A stretch of 64,000 bases of DNA from Ramlibacter sp. 2FC (GCA_943372495.1 CALRYV010000032.1:2669-66668); one strand, 5' to 3'. Shown: positions 27,098 through 37,512, numbered from the stretch's first letter. Translations and numbers: made by a program. The notes: generated by a model not told the origin, from the letters alone.

Positions 27098-28234
27098 TCA
27101 GGGACGGGGCGGTGCAGTGAACTTCACTGGCGTGCCCTCGCGCAGCGGCCCGACGCTGCCCACGATCACCAGCGCGCCGGGCCCGATGCCCTGCACCGCC
27201 ACCATCGGTTCGTTGTCGGCCTGGCCGCGGACGCCGGCCTGCACGCTCCTGTGGGCGACCCGGTTGTCCTCCACCACCTGCACGTACGGCACCGGCTTGT
27301 CGGTGCGCACGGCCGACAGCGGCACCGCCAGCGCCGAGGCCTGGCCGGTGGCCAGCGTGCCCTGCGCGAACATGCCCTGGCGCAGGCCGGCCCCGTTCTC
27401 GATGCCCAGGTAGGCCAGCACGCTGCGGCTGCCGGCCTGGGCGCTGGGATTGATCCGCGCCACCCGCGCCAGCACCGGCCGGGCGCTGCCTTCGACCTGC
27501 AGCACGGCCTGCTGGCCGACCGCGACCTGGATCGAGTCGCCGGCCGCCAGCGCGGCTTCCAGTTCCAGCCGCGACAGGTCGACGATCTCGATCACCCTGG
27601 CGTCGATGCCGACCCGCTCGCCGGGCTGGGCCAGCCGCTGCGACACCACGCCGTCGATCGGCGCGCGCAGCTGGGTGTCGTCCAGCCCCTTGCGGGCCAG
27701 GTCCACGTTCGCCGCCGCCGCCTTGTAGTTGGCGTGCGCCGACTGCAGGTTGTTCAGCGAGGTGTCCAGCGCACTCCTGGAGATGAAGCCCTGGTCCACC
27801 AGCGCCTTGTTGTTGTCGAACTGGCGCTGGGCGATGTCGATCTGGCTGCGGGCCGCGTCGGCCTGCTGCTGCGCCTGCCGGACCCGGGCCTGCGACTCGG
27901 TGGCGTCGACCCGCGCGATCAGCTGGCCGGCCTTGACCGTGTCGCCTTCCCGCACCGTCAGCCCCTGCAGCTCGCCGGCGACCCGGGCCTTCACCAGCGC
28001 CGAGTTCACCGCGCGCAGCGAGCCGGACACCGGCAGGCCCTGGGCCAGGTCGCGCTGCTGCGCCTTCACCACGTCGGTCGGCGCCAGTTCCACCGCCGCC
28101 TGCACCTTCTGCTGCGCCGCCCTGGCGACGGTGGCCTGCTGCTCCTTGCGGGCCGACAGCGCGCGCATCACCCCGGCGGCCAGCAGCACCGCGACCAGCG
28201 CGAGCACCAGCCACTTGATCCAGCGCCGGTTCAT
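27098..28234 (-). CDS. efflux RND transporter periplasmic adaptor subunit (MFP)
   Basis: MNRRWIKWLVLALVAVLLAAGV (TM anchor)...LRAVNSALVKARVAGELQGLTVREGDTVKAGQLIARVD (lipoyl-like motif)...LRAPIDGVVSQR. Its stop is 1 nt before the RND start. Confidence 0.9.
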   Translation of the reverse strand: MNRRWIKWLVLALVAVLLAAGVMRALSARKEQQATVARAAQQKVQAAVELAPTDVVKAQQRDLAQGLPVSGSLRAVNSALVKARVAGELQGLTVREGDTVKAGQLIARVDATESQARVRQAQQQADAARSQIDIAQRQFDNNKALVDQGFISRSALDTSLNNLQSAHANYKAAAANVDLARKGLDDTQLRAPIDGVVSQRLAQPGERVGIDARVIEIVDLSRLELEAALAAGDSIQVAVGQQAVLQVEGSARPVLARVARINPSAQAGSRSVLAYLGIENGAGLRQGMFAQGTLATGQASALAVPLSAVRTDKPVPYVQVVEDNRVAHRSVQAGVRGQADNEPMVAVQGIGPGALVIVGSVGPLREGTPVKFTAPPRP

Positions 28235-28944
28235 GCGCGGGCTCCGGTCGGGACGGCGCCCGGCCGGACGCAGAAGCCGTGCAGCAGGGTCTCGATCTGG
28301 GCGGCGATGTAGCGCTCCGGATCGAGCGGGTAGCCTTGCGGCACGCAGGCGCCGATCGAGTGCTTCATCATGATCAGGAAGATCATCGGCGCGATCAGGC
28401 TGTAGATCGCATAGTCGATGTCGGTCAAGTGGAACTCGCCGCGGTCGACGCCGCGCTGCAGCATGCGCCGGATCAGGTCCTGGCCCGGGACGATGACTTC
28501 CTGCTGGTAGAAGGCGGCGATGTCCGGGAAGTTGCGCGCCTCGCTGATCACCAGCTTGGTGATGCCGGACGCGCGGCCCGAGCCGAGCCGGTCCCACCAC
28601 ACCTTCATGCAGTAGCGCAGCATCTGCGCGCTGTCGCCCTCGAAGGCCTCGAACTCGTCGTTCCACTCCTGGAACCGGCCCGAGATGTTCTCGCGCACCA
28701 CCGCCTTGAACAGTTCTTCCTTGCTCGGGAAATAGAGAAACAGCGTGCCCTTGGACACTCCGGCGCGAGCGGCCACTTCCTCGGAGCGCGTGGCGGCAAA
28801 GCCTTTCTCGACGAACAGGTCGAGCGCCGCATCGAGCAGTTCGCCGGGACGGTCTTGCTTGCGGCGCTCGCGCCGGGCGTGCTCCTCGGTGCGGGCCGGC
28901 AGCGGTTTGGACAGGGGGGCAGAACGCGGAGCGGTGGAGGGCAT
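28231..28944 (-). CDS. TetR/AcrR-family transcriptional repressor of the efflux operon
   Basis: LLDAALDLFVEKGFAATRSEEVAARAGVSKGTLFLYFPSKEELF is a TetR HTH. There is a 4-nt overlap with the MFP gene start. Confidence 0.9.
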   Translation of the reverse strand: MPSTAPRSAPLSKPLPARTEEHARRERRKQDRPGELLDAALDLFVEKGFAATRSEEVAARAGVSKGTLFLYFPSKEELFKAVVRENISGRFQEWNDEFEAFEGDSAQMLRYCMKVWWDRLGSGRASGITKLVISEARNFPDIAAFYQQEVIVPGQDLIRRMLQRGVDRGEFHLTDIDYAIYSLIAPMIFLIMMKHSIGACVPQGYPLDPERYIAAQIETLLHGFCVRPGAVPTGARA

Positions 28945-28949
28945 GGCGG

Positions 28950-28998
28950 TTAATGACTGACTGGTTAGTAATGTAGCCACCGCCGGCCAGCCCGTCAA
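28950..28998 (-). promoter_or_regulatory. candidate sigma-70 promoter plus imperfect-dyad operator for the tetR-MFP-RND operon
   Basis: The minus strand reads TTGACG (28993-28998) - 17 nt - TACATT (28970-28975). It is followed by, and overlaps, the imperfect dyad TTACTAAC-N6-GTCATTAA (28950-28971). This is a locally AT-rich patch. Confidence 0.45.
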
Positions 28999-29005
28999 TC
29001 TTCTG

Positions 29006-29773
29006 TCAGCCAGCCGCCATCTTCGTTCCCAGCCATTCCCGCAGCACCGACCGCGACAGGTCGAGGCCGTGCGCCGACGGCAGCCACTCCAGCAGCGTGC
29101 GGTCACGCGCGGTCGGGAACCCGGTGGGCGCCGGCGTCACCTGGAAGCCAGCCTGCTCGAAGGCGGCCCGGGCCCGCGGCATGTGCCAAGCATGGGTCAC
29201 CAGGGCGATGCGCTGGATCTTGTCGCCGCGCATGGCGTCGGCCATGCGGCGGGCGTTTTCCGCCGTGTCGCGCGAGTGGTCGTCGGCCCAGCGCAGTTCC
29301 AGGCCGTAGTCGCCCTTCAGCATGCCGCGGGCGACGTCGGCCTCCGCGGCGATGCCGGTCCCGACCGAAGACCAGCCGACGCCGCCGGCGAAGGCCAGGG
29401 GCTTGCCGGTCTGGCGGGCCAGCCGCGCGCCGTAGCGGATCCGCTCCAGCGACACCGCGCTGGGCCGCGGTCCGCCGTATTCCGGGGCCTGGCCGATCAC
29501 GCCGCCGCCCAGGATCACGATGGCCTGCACATTGGCCAGCTCCGCGCCGCGCACATTGACCGGCGCCACCTGCGGCAGCAGAGTGCGGGCCAGCCCGAGG
29601 CCGACGGCGTTGCAGCTCAGGAACCAGAGCGTGGCGATGCCCAGCAGGATGACGATCGCGCCGGCCAGCCGGCGCCGTCCCGGCAGCAGCAGCCCGAACA
29701 GCGCCAGCAGCAGGGGCCCGGCCGGCGGCAGCGCCAGGGCGGTGAGAACGGGTTTGAGTTCGCCTGGTGACAT
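29006..29773 (-). CDS. YdcF/ElyC-family (DUF218) protein
   Basis: N-terminal TM helices are followed by IVILGGG...RIRYGARLARQTGKPLAFAGG...SRDTAENA...ALVTHAWHMPRA, which is typical of DUF218. Confidence 0.8.
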   Translation of the reverse strand: MSPGELKPVLTALALPPAGPLLLALFGLLLPGRRRLAGAIVILLGIATLWFLSCNAVGLGLARTLLPQVAPVNVRGAELANVQAIVILGGGVIGQAPEYGGPRPSAVSLERIRYGARLARQTGKPLAFAGGVGWSSVGTGIAAEADVARGMLKGDYGLELRWADDHSRDTAENARRMADAMRGDKIQRIALVTHAWHMPRARAAFEQAGFQVTPAPTGFPTARDRTLLEWLPSAHGLDLSRSVLREWLGTKMAAG

Positions 29774-29840
29774 GGCGCGATGCTAAGCGACCCCCATTTG
29801 TCCCATTGACAGAACATTAGCGCAGTCCCTACGATGGGCC

Positions 29841-30629
29841 ATGCCGTCGACGCTGCCGCTGCCAAAGTACCACCGGATCTACCTGGTGCTGCGCGAGCAG
29901 CTCGAGGAGGGCCGCTTCAATGCCGGCCTCCCGGGCGAACTGGCACTGATGGAGCAGTTCGGAGTCGCCCGCGTGACAGTGCGGCGCGCGCTGCAGCAGC
30001 TGGCCGGCGAGGGCCTGATCACCCGCCAGCCGGGCCGCGGCACCCATCCCGTCGCGCGTGCCAGCGGCGGCGCCGCGCCGGCGGCGCCGGCGCACACCGG
30101 GCTCACCGGCCTGCTGGAAAACATCGTCAGCATGAGCCTGAACACCACCGTCAAGGTGCTGGCGGTCGACACGGTGGCCGCGTCGCCGGCCGTCGCCGCC
30201 GCGCTGGGGCTGGCGAGCGGCGCCAGGGTGCAGAAGGCGGTGCGGGTGCGCAGCACGCGCGAAGGGCCGCTGTCGCACATCACCACCTGGGTGCCGGCCG
30301 ACGTGGCCCGGCGCTTCGGCCGGCGCGAGCTGGCCCGCAAGCCGATCCTGGTGCTGCTGGAGGAGTCCGGCGTGAAGGTGGGCCGGGCCGAGCAGAGCAT
30401 TTCGGCGCGGCTGGCCGACGCCGAGGTCGCCGGCCAGTTGCAGGTCGAGGTCGGCTCGGCCCTGCTGGCGGTGCGGCGCGTGATCTTCGACGAGCAGGAG
30501 CGGCCGGTGCAGTGGCTGCACGGCCTGTACCGCCCCGACCGCTACGAATACCAGATGCAGTTGTCGCGCGTTGGCAGCATCGATGCCAAGGTGTGGGTCC
30601 GCAAGGACATGTCCGCCAGTTTTCACTAG
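29841..30629 (+). CDS. GntR-family transcriptional regulator (HutC-like length, probable UTRA effector domain)
   Basis: LPGELALMEQFGVARVTVRRALQQLAGEGLITRQPGRGTHP is a winged HTH. The total length is 262 aa. Confidence 0.85.
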   Translation: MPSTLPLPKYHRIYLVLREQLEEGRFNAGLPGELALMEQFGVARVTVRRALQQLAGEGLITRQPGRGTHPVARASGGAAPAAPAHTGLTGLLENIVSMSLNTTVKVLAVDTVAASPAVAAALGLASGARVQKAVRVRSTREGPLSHITTWVPADVARRFGRRELARKPILVLLEESGVKVGRAEQSISARLADAEVAGQLQVEVGSALLAVRRVIFDEQERPVQWLHGLYRPDRYEYQMQLSRVGSIDAKVWVRKDMSASFH

Positions 30630-30638
30630 GAGAAGCCC

Positions 30639-31841
30639 ATGACGACCCGTCGCCACTTCGTGTCCCAGACCGCCGCCGCCGCTTCGGCGCTGGCCTTCCC
30701 CCTGATCGCCGGCGCGCAGCCGAAGACGGTGAAGATCGGGGTGCTGCACCCCGTCACCGGCGCGCTCGCCTACTCCGGCCAGCAATGCCGCGAGGGCGCG
30801 CTGATGGCGATCGAGGACATCAACAAGCGCGGCGGCATCAAGTCGATGGGCGGCGCGCGGATCGAGGCGCTGCTGGGCGACGCGCAGTCGACGCCGCAGG
30901 CCGGCACGGCCGAAGTCGAGAAGATGAACGAGGCGGGCGTGTCGGCAGTGCTGGGCGCGTATGCATCGGCGATCTGCCTGGCCACCACCCAGGCCGCCGC
31001 CAAGTACAACCTGCCGCACGTGGTGGATGTGGGCGTGGCCGACCAGATCGTCGAGCGCGGCCTGAAGAACACCTTCCGCTTCGGCCCCGGCTACAAGAAG
31101 TGCGCCGAGATCGCGGTGGCCAACCTGCACGTGCTCAACACCGCGGCCGGCAAGCCGGCCAAGACCGTGATGATCATCCACGAGGAATCGCTGTTCGGCA
31201 GCGGCACCGCCGCCCTGCTGGCGCGCGAGCTGCCCGGCTACGGCTACGAGGTCAAGGAAGTGATCAAGCACGCCAACCCGACCCGCGACTTCAACAACAT
31301 CGTGCTGCGGATGAAGGCGGTCAATCCCGACATCGTGATCCCGGCCAATTACTACAACGAGTACGCGCTGCTGGTGCGGACCATGCAGCAGCAGAAGGTG
31401 ACGCCCAAGGCGATCTATTCGGTGCTGGGCGGCGCGGCGTCGAGCTACAAGTTCGTCAAGGAGTTCCCGGATGCGGCCAACGGCATCATCGACTGCAACC
31501 ACTGGTTCAACCCCAAGGACAAGCGCTCGGCCGAACTGCGCAAGCGGGTGGAAGCCAAGAAGCTGTTCTTCACCTACGAGATCTTCAACACCTACACCGC
31601 GATGATGTTGCTGGCCGACGCGATCGAGCGCGCCAGGAGCGGCGACCGCGCCGCGATCACCAATGCGCTGGAGACCAGCACGTTCTCGGACCACTTCATG
31701 CCCTACGGCCCGACGAAGTTCGTCAACGGCCAGAACACCGGCGCCCAGCCGCTGATGACGCAGGTGCTCAAGAACGACATCAAGGTGATCGTGCCGCGCG
31801 AGTACCGCGAGATCGATCCGGTGTTTCCGCTGCGCGCCTAA
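30639..31841 (+). CDS. ABC transporter substrate-binding protein (LivK / branched-chain amino acid type, cluster-4 SBP) with Tat-like signal
   Basis: MTTRRHFVSQTAAAASALAFPLIAGAQPKTVKIGVLHPVTGALAYSGQQCREGALMAIEDINKRGGI... It is followed by two permease genes and two ATPase genes. Confidence 0.9.
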   Translation: MTTRRHFVSQTAAAASALAFPLIAGAQPKTVKIGVLHPVTGALAYSGQQCREGALMAIEDINKRGGIKSMGGARIEALLGDAQSTPQAGTAEVEKMNEAGVSAVLGAYASAICLATTQAAAKYNLPHVVDVGVADQIVERGLKNTFRFGPGYKKCAEIAVANLHVLNTAAGKPAKTVMIIHEESLFGSGTAALLARELPGYGYEVKEVIKHANPTRDFNNIVLRMKAVNPDIVIPANYYNEYALLVRTMQQQKVTPKAIYSVLGGAASSYKFVKEFPDAANGIIDCNHWFNPKDKRSAELRKRVEAKKLFFTYEIFNTYTAMMLLADAIERARSGDRAAITNALETSTFSDHFMPYGPTKFVNGQNTGAQPLMTQVLKNDIKVIVPREYREIDPVFPLRA

Positions 31842-31846
31842 TAGAT

Positions 31847-31944
31847 CCGTTCGCGCTGAGCCCACCCAGCCCGTTCGGCCTGAGCCTGTCGAAGGCCCGC
31901 TTCGACAAGCTCAGCGCGAACGGAAACCGGCTCAGTCCGAACGG
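31847..31944. repeat. REP-like compound palindromic element (copy 1)
   Basis: Units are CCGTTCGCGCTGAGC (31847-31861), CCGTTCGGCCTGAGC (31871-31885), a core hairpin GTCGAAG/CTTCGAC (31888-31906), GCTCAGCGCGAACGG (31909-31923, exact reverse complement of unit 1) and GCTCAGTCCGAACGG (31930-31944). This is the kind of element that yields ...LSLSK..FDKLSANG... in spurious translations. Confidence 0.75.
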
Positions 31945-31959
31945 AATGAACGACTCTCC

Positions 31960-32832
31960 ATGCTCGATTTCGGCATCCTGTTCCCGGCCGTCCTGAACGG
32001 CCTGACCACCGGCGCGGTGTACGCGCTGGTGGCGCTCGGCCTCACGCTGATCTACGGCGTGCTGCACATCATCAACTTCGCCCACGGCGCGGCGCTGATG
32101 CTGGCCCTGTACGCGGTCTACCTGCTCAAGGACAAGTTCGGGATCGACCCCTACCTCGCGCTGGTGGCCGTCGTTCCCGGCATGTTCGCCTTCGGCTACG
32201 CACTGCAGCGCACCGTCATCAACCGCGCCAGCCACGGCAAGGACGAGAACATCCTGCTGGTGACGCTGGGCATCGCGATCGTGATGGAGAACCTGGCGCT
32301 GCTGTTCTTCAAGAGCGACACGCGCACCATCGACACCGCCTACACGCTGACCACGGTGCCGATCGGCCCGGCGATGATCGCGCTGCCCAAGCTGATCGCC
32401 TTCGCCGGCGCGCTGGCGGTCTCCGGCCTGATGCTGCTGCTGATGAAGGGCACCGATCTCGGCCGCGCGATCCGCGCGGTGGCCAAGGAGAAGCAGGGCG
32501 CGCGGCTGATGGGGATCGACGTCGACCACGTGTACGCGATGAGCTTCGGCATCGGCCTGGCCTGCCTCGGTGCGGCGGCCTGCTTCCTGCTGCCGGCGTA
32601 CTACGTGAACCCGCAGGTGGGCAGCGGCTTCGTGCTGGTGGCCTTCACCATCGTGGTCCTGGGCGGCATGGGCAGCTTCGCCGGCGCGCTGGTCGGCGGG
32701 CTGCTGGTCGGCGTGGTGGAGTCGGTGGGGGGCCTGTACTTCGGCGAGTCGCTGGGCCAGGTCGGCATCTTTGCGATCTTCATCGGCGTGCTGCTGCTGC
32801 GGCCGCAGGGCCTGTTCGGGGCCAAGGCATGA
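31960..32832 (+). CDS. branched-chain amino acid-type ABC transporter permease (LivH family)
   Basis: MLDFGILFPAVLNGLTTGAVYALVALGLTLIYGVLHIINFAHGA is the LivH N-terminal signature. Confidence 0.9.
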   Translation: MLDFGILFPAVLNGLTTGAVYALVALGLTLIYGVLHIINFAHGAALMLALYAVYLLKDKFGIDPYLALVAVVPGMFAFGYALQRTVINRASHGKDENILLVTLGIAIVMENLALLFFKSDTRTIDTAYTLTTVPIGPAMIALPKLIAFAGALAVSGLMLLLMKGTDLGRAIRAVAKEKQGARLMGIDVDHVYAMSFGIGLACLGAAACFLLPAYYVNPQVGSGFVLVAFTIVVLGGMGSFAGALVGGLLVGVVESVGGLYFGESLGQVGIFAIFIGVLLLRPQGLFGAKA

Positions 32833-33794
32833 GGGACCTGGTCGCGATCGTCGTCTTCGCCGTGCTGGTGGCCTGCGTGCCGCTGGTCACCACCAGCGGC
32901 GTGATCCTGAACTTCACCATGATGGCGCTGTACGCCTGCCTGCTGGCGCAGGCCTGGAACATCCTGGGCGGCTTCGGCGGCCAGTTCTCGTTCGGCCATG
33001 CCCTCTTCTTCGGCACCGGCGCCTATGTGCAGGCGATCGCGCAGCTGCAGGGGCTCAACCCGTGGCTGGCGCTGCCGCTGGCGCTGGCGGCGAGCGCCGC
33101 GGTCGGGGTGTTCGTCGGCGCGCTGTCGTTCCGCTACGGGCTCAAGGGCTCGTACTTCGCGCTGGTGACGCTGGCTTTCGCCGAGGTCTTCCGGATCGTC
33201 GCGCTGTCGGTGCCGTTCACCGGCGCCGGCGTCGGGCTGATGGTGCCGCTGCGGGCGTCGGCCGCCAACATGCAGTTCACCTCGCGCGCCGGCTACGTCT
33301 GGCTGGTGCTGGCGCTGGTGGTCGTGGCGCTGCTGGTGACGGCCTGGCTGCGGCATTCGCGCTTCGGCGCCTGGCTGCAGGCGGTGCGCGACAACGAAGA
33401 CGCGGCGCGCGCCGTCGGCGTCGATCCGTTCCGCATCAAGCTGGCGGCGATTGCCCTGTCGGCCGCGCTGATGGGTGCCGGCGGCGCGTTCTATGTGCAG
33501 GTGTTCCAGTACATCGACCCGGGCATCGCTTACGGCCCCGGCACCTCGGTGGAGGCGCTGGTCGCCGCCATCGTCGGCGGCATGGGCACGCTGTGGGGGC
33601 CGGTGCTCGGCGCGCTGGCGCTGCACCTGCTGGCCGACCTCACGCGCAACCTGTTCGGCCAGCTGCCCGGCATCAACATGGTGATCTACGGCGTGGTGCT
33701 GGTCCTGATCATGATGTTCCTGCCGCGCGGCGTGGCCGGACTCGCGGTCCCGGCGCGCTGGCGCCGCAAGGCCAAGGGGCCGGACCATGGCTGA
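32829..33794 (+). CDS. branched-chain amino acid-type ABC transporter permease (LivM family)
   Basis: A polytopic membrane protein, ...ACLLAQAWNILGGFGGQFSFGHALFFGTGAY... There is an ATGA overlap with the upstream permease gene. Confidence 0.9.
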   Translation: MRDLVAIVVFAVLVACVPLVTTSGVILNFTMMALYACLLAQAWNILGGFGGQFSFGHALFFGTGAYVQAIAQLQGLNPWLALPLALAASAAVGVFVGALSFRYGLKGSYFALVTLAFAEVFRIVALSVPFTGAGVGLMVPLRASAANMQFTSRAGYVWLVLALVVVALLVTAWLRHSRFGAWLQAVRDNEDAARAVGVDPFRIKLAAIALSAALMGAGGAFYVQVFQYIDPGIAYGPGTSVEALVAAIVGGMGTLWGPVLGALALHLLADLTRNLFGQLPGINMVIYGVVLVLIMMFLPRGVAGLAVPARWRRKAKGPDHG

Positions 33795-34538
33795 ACCGAT
33801 CCTGTCGCTGCGCCACGTCTCGCGCGCCTTCGGCGGGCTGAAGGCGGTCAACGACGTCAGCCTCGACCTGCCGCAGTACAGCCTGAGCGCCCTGATCGGG
33901 CCCAACGGCGCCGGCAAGACCACCCTGTTCGCGCTGATGTCCGGCTTCCTGAAACCCGACGTCGGCCGGGTGCTGTTTCGCGGCGAGGACATCACCGGCC
34001 GCGCGCCGCACAAGAACGCGCTCGACGGGATGACGCGCACCTTCCAGATCGTGCAGCCGTTCGCGCAGCAGACGGTGCGCCAGAACCTCGCCGTCGGCGC
34101 CCACCTGCGCCTGGCCGGCCGGCGCGAGGCGCTGGAGCGGGCCGAGATCGTGGCGCAGCAGGTCGGCCTGGCCCACCTGCTGGACAAGCCGGCGGCCGAC
34201 CTGACGGTGGGCGGGCGCAAGCGCCTGGAGCTGGCCCGCGCGCTGGCCACCCAGCCGCGCCTGCTGCTGCTGGACGAGGTGCTGGCCGGCCTGAATCCGA
34301 GCGAGATCGCCGAGATGATCCCGGTGGTGCGCGGCATCGCCGACAGCGGCATCACGGTGCTGATGATCGAACACGTGATGCAGGCCGTGATGAACCTGGC
34401 GCAGCAGGTCTGGGTGCTGGCGCAGGGCCAGCTGATCGCCCATGGCACGCCGGCGGAAGTCACGCGCGACGACAAGGTGATCGAGGCCTACCTGGGCCAC
34501 GGCACGGCGGCGCGGCTGCGGGCGGCGGAGCTGGCGCG

Positions 34539-34542
<4 letters not shown>
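33787..34542 (+). CDS. ABC transporter ATP-binding protein (LivG family)
   Basis: The Walker A motif is GPNGAGKTT. The signature region is TVGGRKRLELARAL. The Walker B motif is LLLLDE. Confidence 0.9.
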
Positions 34543-35258
<716 letters not shown>

Positions 35259-35287
35259 AACGAACCACGAATCCGGAAACTGTCTCC

Positions 35288-36238
35288 ATGAAACGCCGCT
35301 CCCTGCTCCTGGCCACCACCCTGCTTGCCACCGCCACCGCGCTGCAGGCGCAGACTGCGCCGATCCGGATCCTGGTCGGTGCGCCGGCCGGCGGCACCAC
35401 CGACACCATGGCCCGCACCCTGGCCACCGAGCTGGGCAAGATCCTGAGCCGCATCGTGGTGGTGGAGAACCGCCCCGGCGCCGGCGGCAACATCGCGGCC
35501 GACGCGGTGGCCAAGGCGCCGGCGGACGGCAACACCCTGCTCATGAGCTTCACCAGCCATGCCATCAACGCTTCGCTCTATCCGTCGCTGCCCTTCGACC
35601 CCGAGAAGGACTTCACGCCGCTGACCATGGTGTCGACCTCGCCGGCGATCCTGGTCGCCCATCCCTCGCTGCCGGCGAACAACGTCAGGGAGTTGATCGC
35701 CCTGGCCAAGGCGAAGCCGGGCAAGCTCAATTTCGCGATCGGCTCGCTCGGCTCCTCGGTGCACCTGGCGGGCGAGGCCTTCAAGATGATGTCGGGCAGC
35801 TACATCGTGAACATTCCGTACCGCGGCACCGCGCCGGCGATCCAGGACGTGCTGGCCGGCCAGGTCGAGATGATGTTCGCCAACGTCGGCAATGCCCAGG
35901 CGCACCTCAAGGCCGGCAAGCTGAAGGCGCTCGGCGTCACCAGCCCGAAGCGGCTGCCGGCCTTCCCCGACGTGCCGGCGATCGCCGAGGTGCTGCCCGG
36001 TTACGAGTCGAGCGCCTGGTTCGGGCTGTTCGGCCCCGGCCGGATGAACCCGGAGCTGGCCAAACGCATCAGCGATGCCGCGCGGCAGGCCATCGCGACG
36101 CCGGAGCTGCAGCGCCGCATCGCCCATGAAGGGGCGACGCCGGTCGGCAACTCGCCCGACGAGTTCGCGCGCTTCGTCCACGCCGAGATCCAGCGCTGGG
36201 CCAGGGTGGTGAAATATTCGGGGGCCAAGCCGGAATGA
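35288..36238 (+). CDS. Bug-family (TctC-like) tripartite tricarboxylate transporter substrate-binding protein
   Basis: MKRRSLLLATTLLATATALQAQTAPIRILVGAPAGGTTDTMARTLA...VVVENRPGAGGNIAADAVAKAPADGNTLL...IPYRGTAPAIQDVLAGQVEMMF is typical of the Bug family. Confidence 0.9.
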   Translation: MKRRSLLLATTLLATATALQAQTAPIRILVGAPAGGTTDTMARTLATELGKILSRIVVVENRPGAGGNIAADAVAKAPADGNTLLMSFTSHAINASLYPSLPFDPEKDFTPLTMVSTSPAILVAHPSLPANNVRELIALAKAKPGKLNFAIGSLGSSVHLAGEAFKMMSGSYIVNIPYRGTAPAIQDVLAGQVEMMFANVGNAQAHLKAGKLKALGVTSPKRLPAFPDVPAIAEVLPGYESSAWFGLFGPGRMNPELAKRISDAARQAIATPELQRRIAHEGATPVGNSPDEFARFVHAEIQRWARVVKYSGAKPE

Positions 36239-37512
36239 TTGGTCACCAGACCCTTGCGCAAAAGCTGATCGCGCGCGCGGCCGGCCGCAGTGGGGTCACG
36301 CCCGGCGAGATCGTCACCTGCCAGGTCGACCTGGCGATGTTCCACGACTCGTCGGGCCCCCGGCGCCTCAAGCCGATGCTGGAAGCGCTCGGCGCCGAGG
36401 TCTGGGACAAAAGCAAGGTGGTGCTGGTGATGGATCACTACGTGCCGGAGCAGGATGACGAATCGCGCCGCATCGTGCGCATCGCGCGCGACTGGGCCCG
36501 CGACCAGCAATTGCCGCACGTCTACGACAGCCAGGGCATCTGCCATGTGGTGGTGCCCCAGCACGGCCACATCCGGCCCGGCATGTTCTGCGTCGGCGGC
36601 GATTCGCATTCGCCCACCGGCGGCGCGTTCGGCGCCTACATGTTCGGCATCGGCAGCACCGAGATGCTCGGCGTGGTCGTCACCGGCGCGGTCTGGCTGC
36701 GGGTGCCGCGCACCATCCGCATGCAATGGGACGGCCGGCTCGCGCCCGGCGTGGTGGCCAAGGACATGATGCTGCACATGATCGGCCGGTTCGGGATGAA
36801 CGGCGGCCAGTACCAGGCGCTGGAGTTCTGCGGCGAGGCGGTGCGCTCGCTCGGGATGGCCGAGCGGATGACGCTGTCGAACATGAGCGCGGAGCTCGGC
36901 GCCCAGGCCGGACTGGTGGCGCCGGACCAGGTCACGCAGGATTGGCTGGCGGAGACCGGCGCGCCGGCCGTGGACATCGCCGGCCTGTATACGGACGCGG
37001 CCGCCATCGACGGCCCCGGCTGCGAGACCCATCGCTTCGACGCCGGCGCGCTGGAGCCGTTCGTCGCCGCGCCGCACAGCCCGGCCAACGCGCGCGGTGT
37101 CTCGCATTTCGCCGGCACCGCGGTGCAGGTGGCCTACATCGGCGCCTGCACCGGCGCCAAGCTCGACGACCTGCGGGCTGCGGCCCAGGTGTTGCGGGGC
37201 CGGCGCGTTGCCGGCGGCGTGCGGCTGATGGTGGCTCCGGCCAGCCTCAAGGACCAGGAGGCCGCCCGCGCCGAGGGCGTGCTGCAGGCGCTGCTCGATG
37301 CCGGCGCCGAGCTGCTGCCCACCGCCTGCGGCGCCTGCGCCGGCTACGGCGGCACCATGCCGGACGACAGCACCGTCATTTCGAGCACGGCGCGCAATTT
37401 CAAGGGCCGGATGGGGTCGCCGACGGTGAGCGTGTACCTGGCGTCGCCGTACACGGTAGCGGCGTCGGCCCTGCGCGGCGTGATCACGGATCCGCGGGAG
37501 GTGATGGCATGA
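36235..37512 (+). CDS. aconitase-family hydro-lyase large subunit (LeuC / homoaconitase-like)
   Basis: GGDSHSPTGGAFGA, YIGACTGAK and TACGACAG provide the three [4Fe-4S] Cys ligands. At 425 aa it is the short LeuC/HacA-type length. There is an ATGA overlap with the upstream Bug gene. Confidence 0.85.
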   Translation: MIGHQTLAQKLIARAAGRSGVTPGEIVTCQVDLAMFHDSSGPRRLKPMLEALGAEVWDKSKVVLVMDHYVPEQDDESRRIVRIARDWARDQQLPHVYDSQGICHVVVPQHGHIRPGMFCVGGDSHSPTGGAFGAYMFGIGSTEMLGVVVTGAVWLRVPRTIRMQWDGRLAPGVVAKDMMLHMIGRFGMNGGQYQALEFCGEAVRSLGMAERMTLSNMSAELGAQAGLVAPDQVTQDWLAETGAPAVDIAGLYTDAAAIDGPGCETHRFDAGALEPFVAAPHSPANARGVSHFAGTAVQVAYIGACTGAKLDDLRAAAQVLRGRRVAGGVRLMVAPASLKDQEAARAEGVLQALLDAGAELLPTACGACAGYGGTMPDDSTVISSTARNFKGRMGSPTVSVYLASPYTVAASALRGVITDPREVMA

